A stretch of 64,000 nt of DNA. It comes from Felis catus. Taxonomy: Eukaryota. Location of the stretch: contig NC_058368.1 of assembly GCF_018350175.1 (NCBI RefSeq), forward strand, positions 84,136,001 through 84,200,000, given 5' to 3'. Positions 38,839 through 53,000 of this stretch are shown in pieces. The translations under genes and the position numbers were made by a program. The notes under the pieces were generated by a model. The model made no database searches, had not been told where the DNA came from, and worked only from the letters and a program-made list of their open reading frames with translations. How positions within the stretch are numbered: the stretch's first letter is position 1; the number at the start of each line of letters is the position of its first letter.

Positions 38839-38843
38839 AACAG

Positions 38844-39020
38844 CATCCTGGGAGATTAAGATGAATGATGTAGATGAGAAGGATGTTGATGAATTCAACT
38901 CCAATGGCTTCAAGTGCCCAACATGCTTTGCAGTGATGGGAAGAAAGTGTGACAATGAGCTCAAGTGGTGCACAGCAGATAAAATGAAGTGTGTTGAGTT
39001 TTCTGGTGTCATAAACACAG
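38844..39020 (+). CDS. LYPD9: LU-domain gene, second coding exon (ASWEIKMNDVDEKDVDEFNSNGFKCPTCFAVMGRKCDNELKWCTADKMKCVEFSGVINT)
   Basis: Acceptor TTTTTAACAG, donor CAG|GTACTT; 177 nt, phase 1-1. NGxxCPxC...C...C...C pattern typical of LU/PLA2-inhibitor-like second domains. Confidence 0.9.
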
Positions 39021-39329
39021 GTACTTTTCTTGTTTGCAATATCGTGTAGACACAGTACAAGTAGTACTCTCTCATAACCTTAGGGGCATGTGTCCTAAGG
39101 GTAGTGTTGAGGAGAATGCAGCTTTTGCCCAGATTTCTTAGAAATAAGTATATAGCCTCACTCTGAAAATATGTCTAATTGGCTTTCTCACATTCTTTCA
39201 TTGATTTATAAAATTTTACATGCTTTTGTCAACAAATCTGCTAGCTTTGAGGAAGGTGGTTTGGCATATTGGATGAACCTTCATCCTCTGCAAACTTCAG
39301 CTTTTTTAAAAAATAATATTTTGTTGCTT

Positions 39330-39527
39330 AGAATTTTTTTTAAATGTCTGTTTATTTTAGAGACAGCACAACTGGAGAAAGGGCAGAGAGAGAGGGAGAA
39401 AGAGAATCTGAAGAGGGCTATTTGCTGACAGCAGAGAGCCTGATGCCAGGCTCGAGCTCATGAACGATGAGATCATGACCTGTGCTGAAGTCAGAAGCTT
39501 AACCAACTGAGCCACGCAGGCACCCCT
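39330..39527 (-). mobile_element. Can-SINE in the last intron
   Basis: Standard structure in antisense orientation. Confidence 0.88.
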
Positions 39528-39743
39528 AATTTTTTTTTAAAAAGCATGAGTAATTTTTGCCCCCCCCCAACACCACTGGGGTTGTTAATTTTCAAAGTAA
39601 AAGGTTTGCAGAAAGGCAATGACTAAATTTAAACTTTCTTCAAAGAAGATTGTAAAGCATAATTTACTTGCTTTGAGAAAATCCAACACAAAACTCTAAA
39701 TTGAAGACACAATGTGAAATGAATTAGAAGCAGTAGTATTGTA

Positions 39744-39970
39744 GGGGCACCTGGGTGGCTCAGTCGGTTGAGTCCAACTTTGGCTCAGGTCATGAGCTCG
39801 CCCTTTCGTGGGTTCAAGCCCCGCATTGGGTTCTGTGTTGACAGCTAGGAGCCTGAAGCCTGCTTCAGATTCTGTATCTCCCTCTTTCTCTGCCCCTACC
39901 CTGCTTGTGCTCTGTCTCTCTGTTTCTCTCAAAAATAAATAAATGTTAAAAAAAAATTAAAAAAGAAAAA
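39744..39970 (+). mobile_element. Can-SINE in the last intron
   Basis: TSD CAGTAGTATTGT. Confidence 0.9.
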
Positions 39971-40810
39971 GAATCAGTAGTATTGTGTAACATGAAGAGC
40001 AGTGGACAGGGTTCCATGAGGGTTGGGTTGTTTGCATAGTTATTCTTTACCTTCTCACTTTTTCCTGCTGATTCTGGGAATTTAGCTTTGTTGGAATTCA
40101 TCCTCAGATAATTAAAGAGACTAGTCATGTCAGTTGGTCTCTTGGATTATTATGTTTCTACTTCCTGTAATTTTCATAACAGAGTGATTCTTTGCTTTAT
40201 AATAGCAGTCACTGGATATGGCACCCAGAAGAGGCAAAATGAAATTACCAAGAACATAATGTGGCTGCCATGTGTAAGAATGTATCTAAAAGCACTCTGA
40301 AAGACAGGGAACACAAGCAGAATAAAACTTTTTTATGGCTATTGTTATTTCTTTAAAAATAACTCAGAGAGTAAAAGGAGATTAGATTTATGTCTCATCA
40401 TGGAGGGTATACATAACTGAAATTCAGATACATGAAACTCCTCACAGTCATTTGAAGACTAATGAGAACTAAGGACTAAGAACAAGTTCTTACTACCATC
40501 TGTATAAAATGTCAATAAAACATACTAGATACCTAAGTGGTAATGTGAATTGGAAAATTTTTTACTTAAAGAAGGTTTGGAAAATATAACAATATTTGAT
40601 TGAGGTATGTTGTGAGGGGGTTTAGGCATCTGGCAGCTGTGTGTTTGGAGGACACCATTCCAGCCCACTGTCTCTGCCAGAGACAGTTGTATTGGATGAC
40701 TCATACACAATTATGGCCTGGCTTACAACTTACGTCCAGTTTCAGTGGGTAAAAAGGGGTGTATAAGAAAGGAAGAAGGCAGTGGCAGTCTTCTTTTTGT
40801 TTTTTTGTAG

Positions 40811-41001
40811 GTCTTAAAGACATTGCTGTTGAAATGAAGAAATGCATACAAGCAGACCTATGCAAAGAGATGATAACTTATATGGGTTTTCCAATTGCTA
40901 ATGAGAGTAAAACCTGCAGATCAGCCATCAGAAATGGGGCCAGAGTCAGACCCCCAGCTCCCATCTTTTTTGTTCTCTTTCTCAAGAAGCTGCTTCACTG
41001 A
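40811..41001 (+). CDS. LYPD9: LU-domain gene, last exon (GLKDIAVEMKKCIQADLCKEMITYMGFPIANESKTCRSAIRNGARVRPPAPIFFVLFLKKLLH*), GPI-anchor-like tail
   Basis: Polypyrimidine acceptor TTTTTTGTAG, in frame with the previous exon (67+177+191=435 nt, 144 aa). Three more Cys, an NES sequon, an NGA omega-like site and a hydrophobic tail. Confidence 0.9.
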
Positions 41002-41035
41002 GCTCCTGCAAGAGCCCAACTATCTCCATTTATGA

Positions 41036-41041
41036 AATAAA
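41036..41041 (+). terminator. Polyadenylation signal of the + strand LU gene
   Basis: AATAAA about 35 nt after the stop codon, followed by a G/T-rich downstream element (GTGGTTTTTTGGTTTTGG). Confidence 0.8.
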
Positions 41042-44000
41042 TGTGGAGTGGTTTTTTGGTTTTGGATTTATGTCTTCTTTCATGTCTATTCATTTCTTGA
41101 TATGTATATTCAGTTGCCCAGTTACTCAGCTAGGTTTAGGTATGGTGTGTCCAGTTTCCCAGAGTCAATCATTGTTGGATCCCTGCATCTGAGAAGATCC
41201 CAGGACATTTAGAGAATGAGGACTTGCATAAGTGAAGTACTTCAAAAGCAATACAAGGAGCAAGAATAAGAGTAATACTTCTGCTCACGTAGCCTGAGGT
41301 GATTGCTTTAGAGGCAAGGAAGAAGTGGAAGAGTATGGATTCTACTAGGGAAAGGTTAAGATTTTAGATGAATTTTGAGGAGATATGCAATATTTGACAG
41401 CAGGGATAATGTGCATTCGGGCATGGAGTTGGGGGAGTGGGCAGATGGTAAAGTTCATTAGCTAAGCTTAACAATAAGGGGAGTGGGGGAAAGGAAGGTA
41501 TCAGTAAATATATGGTTCTGGCTGAAAGCCTCTTTCTGTGAGTGACAGAGGTGGAACACAGTAAACTCATTGAACTAAGCACAGCCCTGCTCCCACCATG
41601 ATGAGAAGCTGTTCCTCTCAGTCCACTGAAGACATGGTCTAGTTCTGTCTGTGGTTCTCACCCCTGACCGCTCATTACAATCACCTGCTAGCTTTATTTT
41701 TTTATTTTTTTTTTAATTTTTATCTGCTTGTTAATGTACACTATTTAGTTTCAGATGTACAATAATAGTGATTCAACAGTTCTGCATATCACCCTGTGCT
41801 CATCACAAGTGCATCCTTAATCCGCATCACCTGTTTGACCTATTACCACACCCTGCTTCCCTCCCATCTGGGAACCATCAAATTGTTCTCTATAGTTAAG
41901 AATATGTTTCTTGCCTTCTCTGTCTCATTTTTCCCATTTGCTTGTTTGTTTTGTTTTTTAAATTCCACATGTGAATGAAATTGTATGGTATTTATATTTC
42001 ACTGATTTATTTCACTTATTATACTCTCTACCTCCATCCATGTAATTGCAAATGGCAAGATTCCATTCTTTTTTTTAATGGATGAATAGTATTCTGTTAT
42101 AGATATACCACATCTTTATCCATTCATCTATCAATGGACACTTGGGAAGCTTCCATATCTTGGCTATTGTACATAATGCTGCTCAAAATATAGGGGTGCA
42201 TGTATCCCTTTGAATTAGTATTCTTGTATTCTTTTGGATAAATAGCTAAAAGTGTGATTACTAATCATAGGTTGTAGTATTTTTAATTTTTTGAGGAACT
42301 TGCATACTGTTTCCCAGAGGGGCTGTGCCAGTTTGCTTTCCCACCAGCATTGTAAGAGGGTTCCCCTTTCTCCACCTCCTTGCCAACACCTGTTATTTCT
42401 TGTACTATTGATTTTAACCATCCTGACGAATGTGAGGTCATACCTCACATTGTAGTTTTGATTTGCATTTTCCTGATGGTAACTGATGATGAGCTTTATT
42501 TCTTGTGTCTGTTGCCCATCTGAATTTCTTTTTTTGGAGAAGTGTTGAGTGTTACAAGTTTTTTTATATATTTTGGATACTAACCAAAATATATTAGATA
42601 TATCATTTGCAAACATCTTCACCCATTCTCTAGGTTGCCTTTTAGGTTTTTTTTGTTGTTGTTGGTTATTTCCTTTACTGCAGAAGCCTTTTATTTTGAT
42701 ACAGTTCCTACGTTCATTTTGTTTTTGTTTCCTTTGCCTCAAGAGACATATCTAGAAAGAAGTTGTCAAAGAAGTTACTGCCTGTGTTCTGTTTTAGGGT
42801 TTTAATGGTTTCTTGTCTAACATTTAGGTCTTTAAACCATTTTGTGTTTATTTTTGTGTATGATGTAGGAAAGTGATCCAGTTTCATTGTTTTACAAGTT
42901 GCTGTCCATTTTTTTCAGCATCATTTGTTGAAAAAACTGTCTTTTCCCCAATGGATATTCTTTCCTGCTTCGTTGAAGATTAATTGACCATAAAGTTATG
43001 AGTTCATTTGTGGGTTTTCTACTCTGTTCTGTTGATCTTTGTGTCTATTTTTGTGCAAGTACCATTTAGTTTTTATCACTACAGCTTTGTAATATGCATT
43101 GAAGTCTGGGATTGTGATGCTTCCCACTTTACTTTTCTTTTTCAAGGTAGCTTTGGTTTTTCAGCTTTTTATGGCTGTACACAAATTTAGGATTGTTTAT
43201 TCTAGGCCTGTGAAAAATACTAGTGGTACTTTGATAGGGATTACATTAGATGTATAGTTTGCTTTGGATAGTAAAGAAATGTTCACAATATTTGTTCATC
43301 CAATCGCTGAGCATGGAATGTCTTTCCATTTCTTTGTGTCCTCTTCAATTTTTTTCATTAGTGTTTCTGGTTTTCTGAATACAAATCTTTTACCTCTCTG
43401 GTTAGGTTTATTCTTAGCTCTCTTATTGTTTTTGGTGTAATTCTAACTGGGATTGAATTATTAATTTCTAGTTCTGATGCTACATTATTGGTATAAAGAA
43501 ATATAACAAATTTCTCCATTTTGATTTTTTATCCTTCAAATTTACTGAAGCCCTTTATCAGGTCTAGCAATTATTTGGTGAAGTCTTTTTGGTTTTCTAT
43601 GTATTATTATGTCATGTGCAAATATTGAAAGTTTGACTTCTTCTTTGCAGTTTGGATGACTTTTATTTCTTTTTGTTGTCTGATTGTCAAATGCATTTTC
43701 TTCATCTATTGAAATGATAGATGGTGTATTATCTTTCTTTTATTAATATGGTGTATCATATTGACTTATTGGTGAATATTTAACTACCCTTGCATGCCAG
43801 GAATAAATCTTACTTTATCTGGCTAACTGATTTTTTTTTTTATGTATTGTTGGATTTGGGTTGCTAGTATTTTATTGAGAATTTCTACATCCATGTGCAT
43901 CAAAGATATTGGCTTGTAGTTCTTTTTAGTGGAGTCTTCATTTGATTTTGGTATCAGGGTAATGCTAACCTCAGAGAAATAATTTGGAAATTTTCCTTCT

Positions 44001-45275
44001 TTTTTTCTTGAATACTTTGAGAATTATAGATATTAACTCCTCTTAAATGATTGGTAGAATCATTGGTAAAATTTGTCTGTGAAGCCATCTGTCCCTGGAC
44101 TTCTGCTTGCTGGGAGTTTTTTGTTTTGTTTTTTCACTTGTTCAGTTTCCTTACTGGTTATCAGTCTGTTCAAGTTTTCGTTTTCTTTTTGTTTCAGCTT
44201 TTGTAGTTTATATGTTTCTCGGAATTTATCTATTTCTTGGAATTGGTCCAATTTGTTGGCATATAGCTTTTCATAATATTGTCTTGTAGTTTGTATTTCT
44301 GTGGTGTCAGTTTTTATTTCTGTCTCTCGTTTGTGATTTTATTTATTTGGGTCCTTTCTCTTCTCTGTAAGTCTGACTAGAGGGTTATCAATTACTAGTT
44401 TTTTCAAAGAAGCTCCCAGTTTTACTGATCTGTTCTATTGTTTTTGCAATTTCTATATCATATATTTGTGTTCTAATCTTTATTATTTTGTTCCTTCTCT
44501 TGGCTTTAGGTTTCATTTGTTGTTCTTTTTCTACTCCTTCATTTTTAGGTTAGGTTGTTTATTTGAGATTTTCTTCCTTCTTCACTAGGGCTGTATTGGT
44601 ATACGTGTCTCTCTGAGGATTGCTTTGGCTGGATCCCAAAGGTTTTGGAGGCTTGTGTTTCATGTTCATATGTTTTCATGTATTTTTTTAATTTGTTTTT
44701 TTTTTTTTTTTTATTTTCTGGTTGACCCATTCACCTTTTAGTAGCATGTTGTTTAACCTCCATGTATTGTGGTCTTTTTAAATTTTTATTGTGGTTGATT
44801 TCTTGTTTCATAGCATTGTGGTGAGAAAAAGATGCATGGTATTATTGCAATCTTTTGCATTTGTTGAGGCCTAAATTGTAACCTAATATGTAATCTATTC
44901 TGGATATTATGCCATGTACCCTTAAAAAGAATGTGTATTCTGCTGGAATGGAATGTTATTAACATATCTGTTAAGTCCATCTGTTTTAATGTGTCACTCA
45001 AAGCCATTGTTTCCTTGTTGATGCTTCTGTTCTTCCTATTTAGAAGATCTGACCATTGATATAAGTGAGGTGTTAAAGTCCCCTACTATTATTGTATTAT
45101 TATCAAATAGCTCCTTTATGTTTGTTATTAATTGTTTTATATATTTGGTTGCTTTCATGTTGGGTGCATATATATTTACAACTGTTAGATCTTCTTGTTG
45201 GATTGGCCCTTTTATTAAGTTACAGTGCCCTTCTTTGTCTCTTGTTACAGTCTTTGTTTTAAAATTTAGTTTATC

Positions 45276-46783
<1,508 letters not shown>

Positions 46784-47368
46784 AAAGTCTAGTTTCTCCA
46801 ATAGAAGTATTGCTACTCCAGATTTCTTTTGATATCTATTTGTGTGATAAATATTCTGCATCTCACTACTTTCAATGTGCATGGGTCTTTATCTCTAAAA
46901 TAAGTATCTTGTATGTACTGAATGGTTGGGTCTTGTGGGGTTTTTTTTTGTTTGTTTGTTTTAATCCATTCTCACACTCTGTGTATTTTGATTTGTGTGT
47001 TTAGTCCATTTACATTCAAAGTAATTGCTGATATGTATTTATTGCATTTTTTTTAATGTTTTCTCATTGTTTCTGGAGATTTCTCTGATCCTTTCTTGTC
47101 TTTTCAATTTTAGTCTTCCTCTCCATCAAAGAATCTCCTTTAATATTTCTTACAGGACTGTTTAGTGGTCATGAATATCCTTAGCTTTTGTCTAGAAATT
47201 CTTTATCTCTCCTTCTATTCTGAATTATATCATTCCTGGATAGAGTATTTATGCCTGAAGATTTTATCCATTCAGCACTTTGAATATATTATGCCACTCC
47301 TTTATGGCTTGCCAAGTATCTGTTGAGGAATCTCCAGATAGCCTTAGGGTTTTTCCTTGTAAGTTAAT

Positions 47369-48402
47369 TGCTGGAAGCCAAGCTATCCCAGCCTGAGTGG
47401 CAGGGCCCAGCCTGTAGACGGATTGGTGACTGCAGGACGGCCCACCTACAGTGAAGCTTCTTGTACTCCCGCTTTTAGGTAATTAATTCAGCCTTGAAAC
47501 TACCTGGGGTATTGTCTGTTGGGGAATTTCCCTCGGCAGGGCCCCTGGGAAAAGAACCATTAAGGAAGAAAATAAGGTTCCACAAGAAATTGTGCGCCCT
47601 TACGTTTAGCCCTTGCCATCCTCTATGGAGACTCTTCTACTTACAGGAAGGATAGCCTCATACATTTGTCAGCAAAGGAGGCCAATAAAGGAGAGACATG
47701 GATTTGAAAGCCCCACTCTGGCAACTAAGGAGTGTACCTCTGGGCACAGATGACTTCAACCCCTAGGCCCACCTGGCCCCTGGAGGCATTCCAGATGATG
47801 ACTGAACCTAGTCGGTTAAGCTACAGAATGGTTCATTGGTTCCTAGGTGCATTGTCTCTCTGAGAATGTATGAGGCATAAGTTTCTAAGGCTTTTTCAGC
47901 CCCTTTCTGGCACCTCGGACTGTGGCAAACACATTGTTCTTCTCGCCTCATGTGGTTAGGAGGTCATGTCCCTGTAACTGTTCCACTTGAGGTGTTGAGA
48001 AATGGAGGGCCTTTCACGAGAACAGCAAAGCAAATGCTTTGTAGATTATAGATAAACGCAGATGCATAATGGAATAATGTAAGAAATTAATTTATAATCA
48101 AAGGATATGCGGGAAAGTTAGGGGAAAATAACCATGTTATTTCTTAAAGGTTGTCTATACATAGGAACATTTTCAAAATTAGGTAATGTTAGAAAAACAT
48201 AGTTGACATATGCTACAAGGAAATCACTAGTATATATAATGCCATGTTTACTGCAATAAATCGGCCAGTTCAACACTCTGCTGTTGTCTGTGTCCATTTT
48301 TATTTTAGTTTTTTATTTCCCAGTTTTTTATTTTAGTTTTATTTTCACAGATGCCGTTCGTCCTTCGGGAACCCCTGGACCTGCTGGAGCTGGTCTCCAG
48401 CA
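47369..48402 (+). mobile_element. Long (1034 bp) solo LTR, ERV2/betaretrovirus-like
   Basis: TGCTGGA...TCCAGCA inverted termini, perfect 6-bp TSD GTTAAT, TATA-like TATATATAA (~48231) and AATAAA (48255-48260). Confidence 0.88.
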
Positions 48403-50061
48403 GTTAATGACTTCTTTTGTCTTGCTGCTTTTAAGATTTTTTTATTGGTATATTTTGCAAATTTAGTTACAATATGTTTTGGTGTTGACCTGCTTTTATG
48501 ATTTTTATGAGGGTTCTCTGTGTGTACTGAATCTGGATGTGTGTTTCTCCCTCCAGATTAGAAAAATGTTTCACCTTTTATTCAAATAAAATTTCTGCCC
48601 CCTTTTCTCTGTCTTCTACTTTTGGACTCCTATCATATGAATGTTATTACATCTGATAGATTCATTGAGTTTCCTAAGTCCATTCTCGTGTTGCTCAAAC
48701 CTTTCTCTTTTTTGTTCAACTGAATAATTTTCCATTACTTTGTCTTATGTCAGTAATTATTTCCTCTGTTTCTTTACGTTTGCTATTCATTATATCAAGC
48801 CTGTTTCCAATCTTGTTTATTGCACACTTCATCTCTGATTAATTCTCTTTTAACTCTTTTATCTCTATGGTAAGGGTGTCACTGATGCCGTCTATTCTTT
48901 TCCCAAGCCCAGTGAGTATACTTATGATTGTTGCTTTAAATTCTCCATCAGGCATGTTACTTATATCTGTTTTGCTCTTGGCTCTGGCCCTGGCATTATC
49001 TTGTTCTTCACTTGGTATAAATTCCTCTGTTTTGCATTTTGTCTAAATCTCTGCCTTCTTCTTTGTGTTAGAAAAGCCACTGATGTGTCCTTCTCCTGAA
49101 AATAATGACCTTATGAAGAAAAGCTCATGTTGTAATTTGGCTGCTGTGTCCTTCAAGCCACTCCTTATTTGCTGTGGGCAGTGTTTGCTCCCTACCCTGA
49201 ATGCATTTTCAACTAGATTGCTCTGGTAGGCTTGTGAAGTGAAACCTGATACCACTTCTACCCAGAACTGAGACAGAACTCTCTGGTCAGGGTATGTGGT
49301 ATAGGTAGGAGATTGTGGGGGTCCTCTGTTAGAGGGGTCTGCCACAGTGGGACCAAGGCAAGCTTTACTGAAAAGGGAAGTCCTACAAGAGCACATGGTT
49401 ACAGGGCTTTTTGTAAGAGTGTTAGGCAATGTGGGGACAAGGCTGCTTCCTGCAGGTAGCTCTGTGTTTATGCTGGAGCAGGGGGATGGAAATAGTACGA
49501 GCCAGCTGTTTTGTTCCTAGAGAGGTGTCTCCTTGAAAATTCCCTCTCAGAGATGCGCTCTGAGAAGAGCAAATAATCTCCCCATTGTGTTCCCCAGGCA
49601 TTCTTCAGATTGCTGTTTCCATGCTGTCATTGTGTTGTTGTCTGCCTTCTCTCTAGGAACAGCACAGTGCCTCAGGACTCTATCCCAGCCAAGCCCACTG
49701 ACCTTTAATACTCCAGGCTTTAAGCCCCACTGGTTGCAAGAAATCATGAAATTCACCCCTCTCATATTCTAAGACTATGGCTTTGGGAAAACATTATCCT
49801 GTGCATTCCCTTGTGTGTTTCTTTCTCACTTTCTTCAAACCACAGCTCACTCCCCTCAGCAACAGCTGTGATGAGTTCTCCATCATTTCCACATTCCTCA
49901 ATGTGGCCACTTGTCTCCATTTAGTTGTGGAGTCTGTTTTGCCAGTCCTCAGGTAGATTTCTGGGGTTTTAGGATGATTTGATAGTGATCTAGTTGAGTT
50001 CCTGGGATGAGACTAGTCTAGGATCCTCTTACTCAGCTGTCATTTTCTTCTCCTCTTCTGA

Positions 50062-53000
50062 CTCTTTTTTTCTATTTTAATTTTAATTAGTTAACATACA
50101 GTATAATAATGTTTTCAGGAGTAGATTTCAGTGAGTCATCACTTACATACAATACCCAGTGCTCATGAAAATATTAAGTGCTCTCTAATACCCATCACCC
50201 ATTCAGCCACTCTGCCACCCACCTCCCTCCATCAACCCTCAGTTTCTTCTCTATGGTTAAGAGTCTCCTGTGGTTTATTTCCCTCTTTTATCTCTTTTTC
50301 CCCTTCCCATATGTTTATCTGTTTTATTTCTTAAATTCCGTATATGAATGAAATCATATGGTATTTGTCTTTGATAATGATCATTACAAATGGAAGGATT
50401 TCATTCTTTTTGATGGCTGAATACTAATAGATATAGATAGATATAGATATAGATAGATATATCACATCTTCTTGATGTATATCACATCTTGATCATCAGT
50501 CAATGGACATTTGGACTCTCTCCATGACTGACTGTTGTTGATAATTCTGCTATAAATATTGGGGTGCATGTATCCCTTCAAATCTTTATTTTTCTATCCT
50601 TTAGGTAAGTACCTAACAGTGCAATTGCTGGATTGTATGGTAGTTCTATATTTACTTTTTCGAGGAACTTGCATCATGTTCTCCAGAGTGGCTGCATCAG
50701 TCTGCAATCTCATCAGCAATGCAAGAGGGTTCCCTTTGTCCTCATCCTTTCCAACATCTATGTTTTCTTCTGTTGTTAATTTTAGCGATTCTGGCAGGCG
50801 TGACATGCCACCTCATTGTGGTTTTGATTTGTATTTTCCTGGTGATGAGTGAGGTAGAGCATCTTTTCCTGTGTCTATTGCCATCTGGATGTCTTCTTTG
50901 AAAAAGTTTCTATTCATGTCTTCTGCCCATTTCTCAACTGAGTTGTTTGTTTTTGGGTGTTGAGTTTGATAAATTCTTCATAGATTTTGGATACTAACCC
51001 TTATCTGGTCTGCCCTTTTCAGATATCTTCTCCCAGTTCATAGGCTGTCTTTTAGTTTTCTTAATTTTTTTTTTGTGTGTGAATTCTTAAATCTCTGTCT
51101 CACATTTAGGTCTTTCATCCATTTTGAATTTATTTTTGTGTATTTATGGTGTAATAAAGTTGTCCAGTTTTATGCTTCTGCATATCACCATCCAGTTTTC
51201 CCAATGCCATTTGTTGAAGAGACTCTCTTTTTTTTTCCATTGGATATTCTTTCCTGCTTTGTCAAAGATGAGTTGACTATATGGGTTCAGCTTTTGGCTT
51301 TGTCCAGCAAAGCCAAGGATGGCAGAAAGGATTACTCCAGATTCCATGCAAGTCAAGAGAGGTGAGAGGGAGTCTAAGGGAAGTCTCCCTGAGCTGCTCT
51401 CAAGCTCCTGTATTGTTGAGCATACATTTAGGAAAACAATGAGCTATATGTCAGTGGGCTATGTATCAGTAAGAGCATATAGAAAATGTGCAGAAAAACA
51501 AGTTACAACAGGGTAAAATATTCCATGTAATAACATGGCCTAAGGAATTTATGAGTATAGGCAGACCTAACACCTAGATATACATTAACTGGGTAAGTTA
51601 AGTGTGTGCCCCCTACATACACATTCACTAGATAAGCAAAGCATGGCCGCTGTTTTCAGCAAGGACAGAAAGCAGTTTTCTGCTTTGCAATGCGCTCCCT
51701 ATAATCTCCTAACCTAAGACATAGCTATTTGATTTTCCACATGACCATACAGTTGTGAGTCCATCTCTGGGTTTTCTGTTCTGTTCCATTGGTCCAGAAT
51801 CAGATTGATTCCGTTTCTATTTTTGTGCCAGTACCATACTGTCTTAATTACTATAGCTTTGTAATATAGCTAGAAATCCAGATATGTTTTGTCTCCAGTT
51901 TTTTTTGTTTTGTTTTTGTTTTTTTGTTTTTTTTTTCAGTATTGCTTTGGTTTCCCTTTGTGGTTCCATACAAATTTTAGGATTATTTATTCTAGCTCTG
52001 TGAAGAATGCTGGTGGTATTTTTATAGGGATTGAATTAAATGTATAGATTGCTTTGGGTAGTATAGACATTTTAACAAGGTTTGTTCTTCCAAACCATGA
52101 GCATGGAATTCTTTTCCATTTCTTTGTGACCTCTTCAATATGTTTCATAATTTTTCTGTAATTTTCAGAATACAGATCTTTTACCTCTTTGGTTAAGTTT
52201 TTTCCTACATATCTTATGTTTTTTGGTGCAGTTGTAAATGGGATTGATTCCTTGGTATCTTTTTCTGCTGCTTCATTATTGGTGTATAGAAATGCAACAG
52301 ATTTCATGTTAATTTTATATCCTATGATTTTGCTAAATTCATATATTCTAGCAATTTGTGGTGGATTATTTAAGGTTTTCTACACAGTGTATCATGTCAT
52401 CTGAAAATAGTGAAAGTTTGACTTCTTCCTTGCCAATTTGGATGCCCTTTATTACTTTTGTTGTCTGATTACTGAGCCTAAGATTTCTAATACTATCTTA
52501 AATAGTAAGGGTGAGAGTAGATATCCTTGTCTTGTTCCTTACTAGGGAAAAGGCTCCCAGTGTTTCCCCATTGAGTATGATATTAGCTGTGGGTCTTTCC
52601 TATATGGCTTTTATGAGGTTGAGGTATGTTCCATCTATCCTTACTTTGTTGAAGGTTTTTATCAAGAATGTATGCTGTATTTTGTCAAATGCTTTTTCTG
52701 CATCTATTGACAGGAGCATATGGTTCTTATCCTTTCTTTTATTAATGTGGTGTATCATGTTGGTTGATTTGCAAATAATGAATCAGCCCTGCATGAAAGG
52801 AATAAATCCCATTTGAGCAAAGTGAATAATTCTTTTGATGTACTATTGAATTCTATTTGCCTGTGTTTTATTGAGAATTTTTGCATTCATCTTCATCAGG
52901 AATATTGGCCTGTAATTCTCCTTTTTTGTGGTGTCTTTGTCTGGTTTTGGAATCAAGGTAATACTGGCTCCATAGAATGAATTTGGAAGCTTTCCTTCCA

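Noticed and set aside
42215..42742. Longest ORF in the track (175 aa) and other L1-derived ORFs
   Set aside because: Frameshifted mosaics of L1 ORF2; no intact ORF1 or ORF2 exists in the window.
47461..48051. Hypermutated accessory ORF in the long LTR
   Set aside because: Stop density (7 internal in ~195 codons) is close to random expectation, so it cannot be supported without a consensus.
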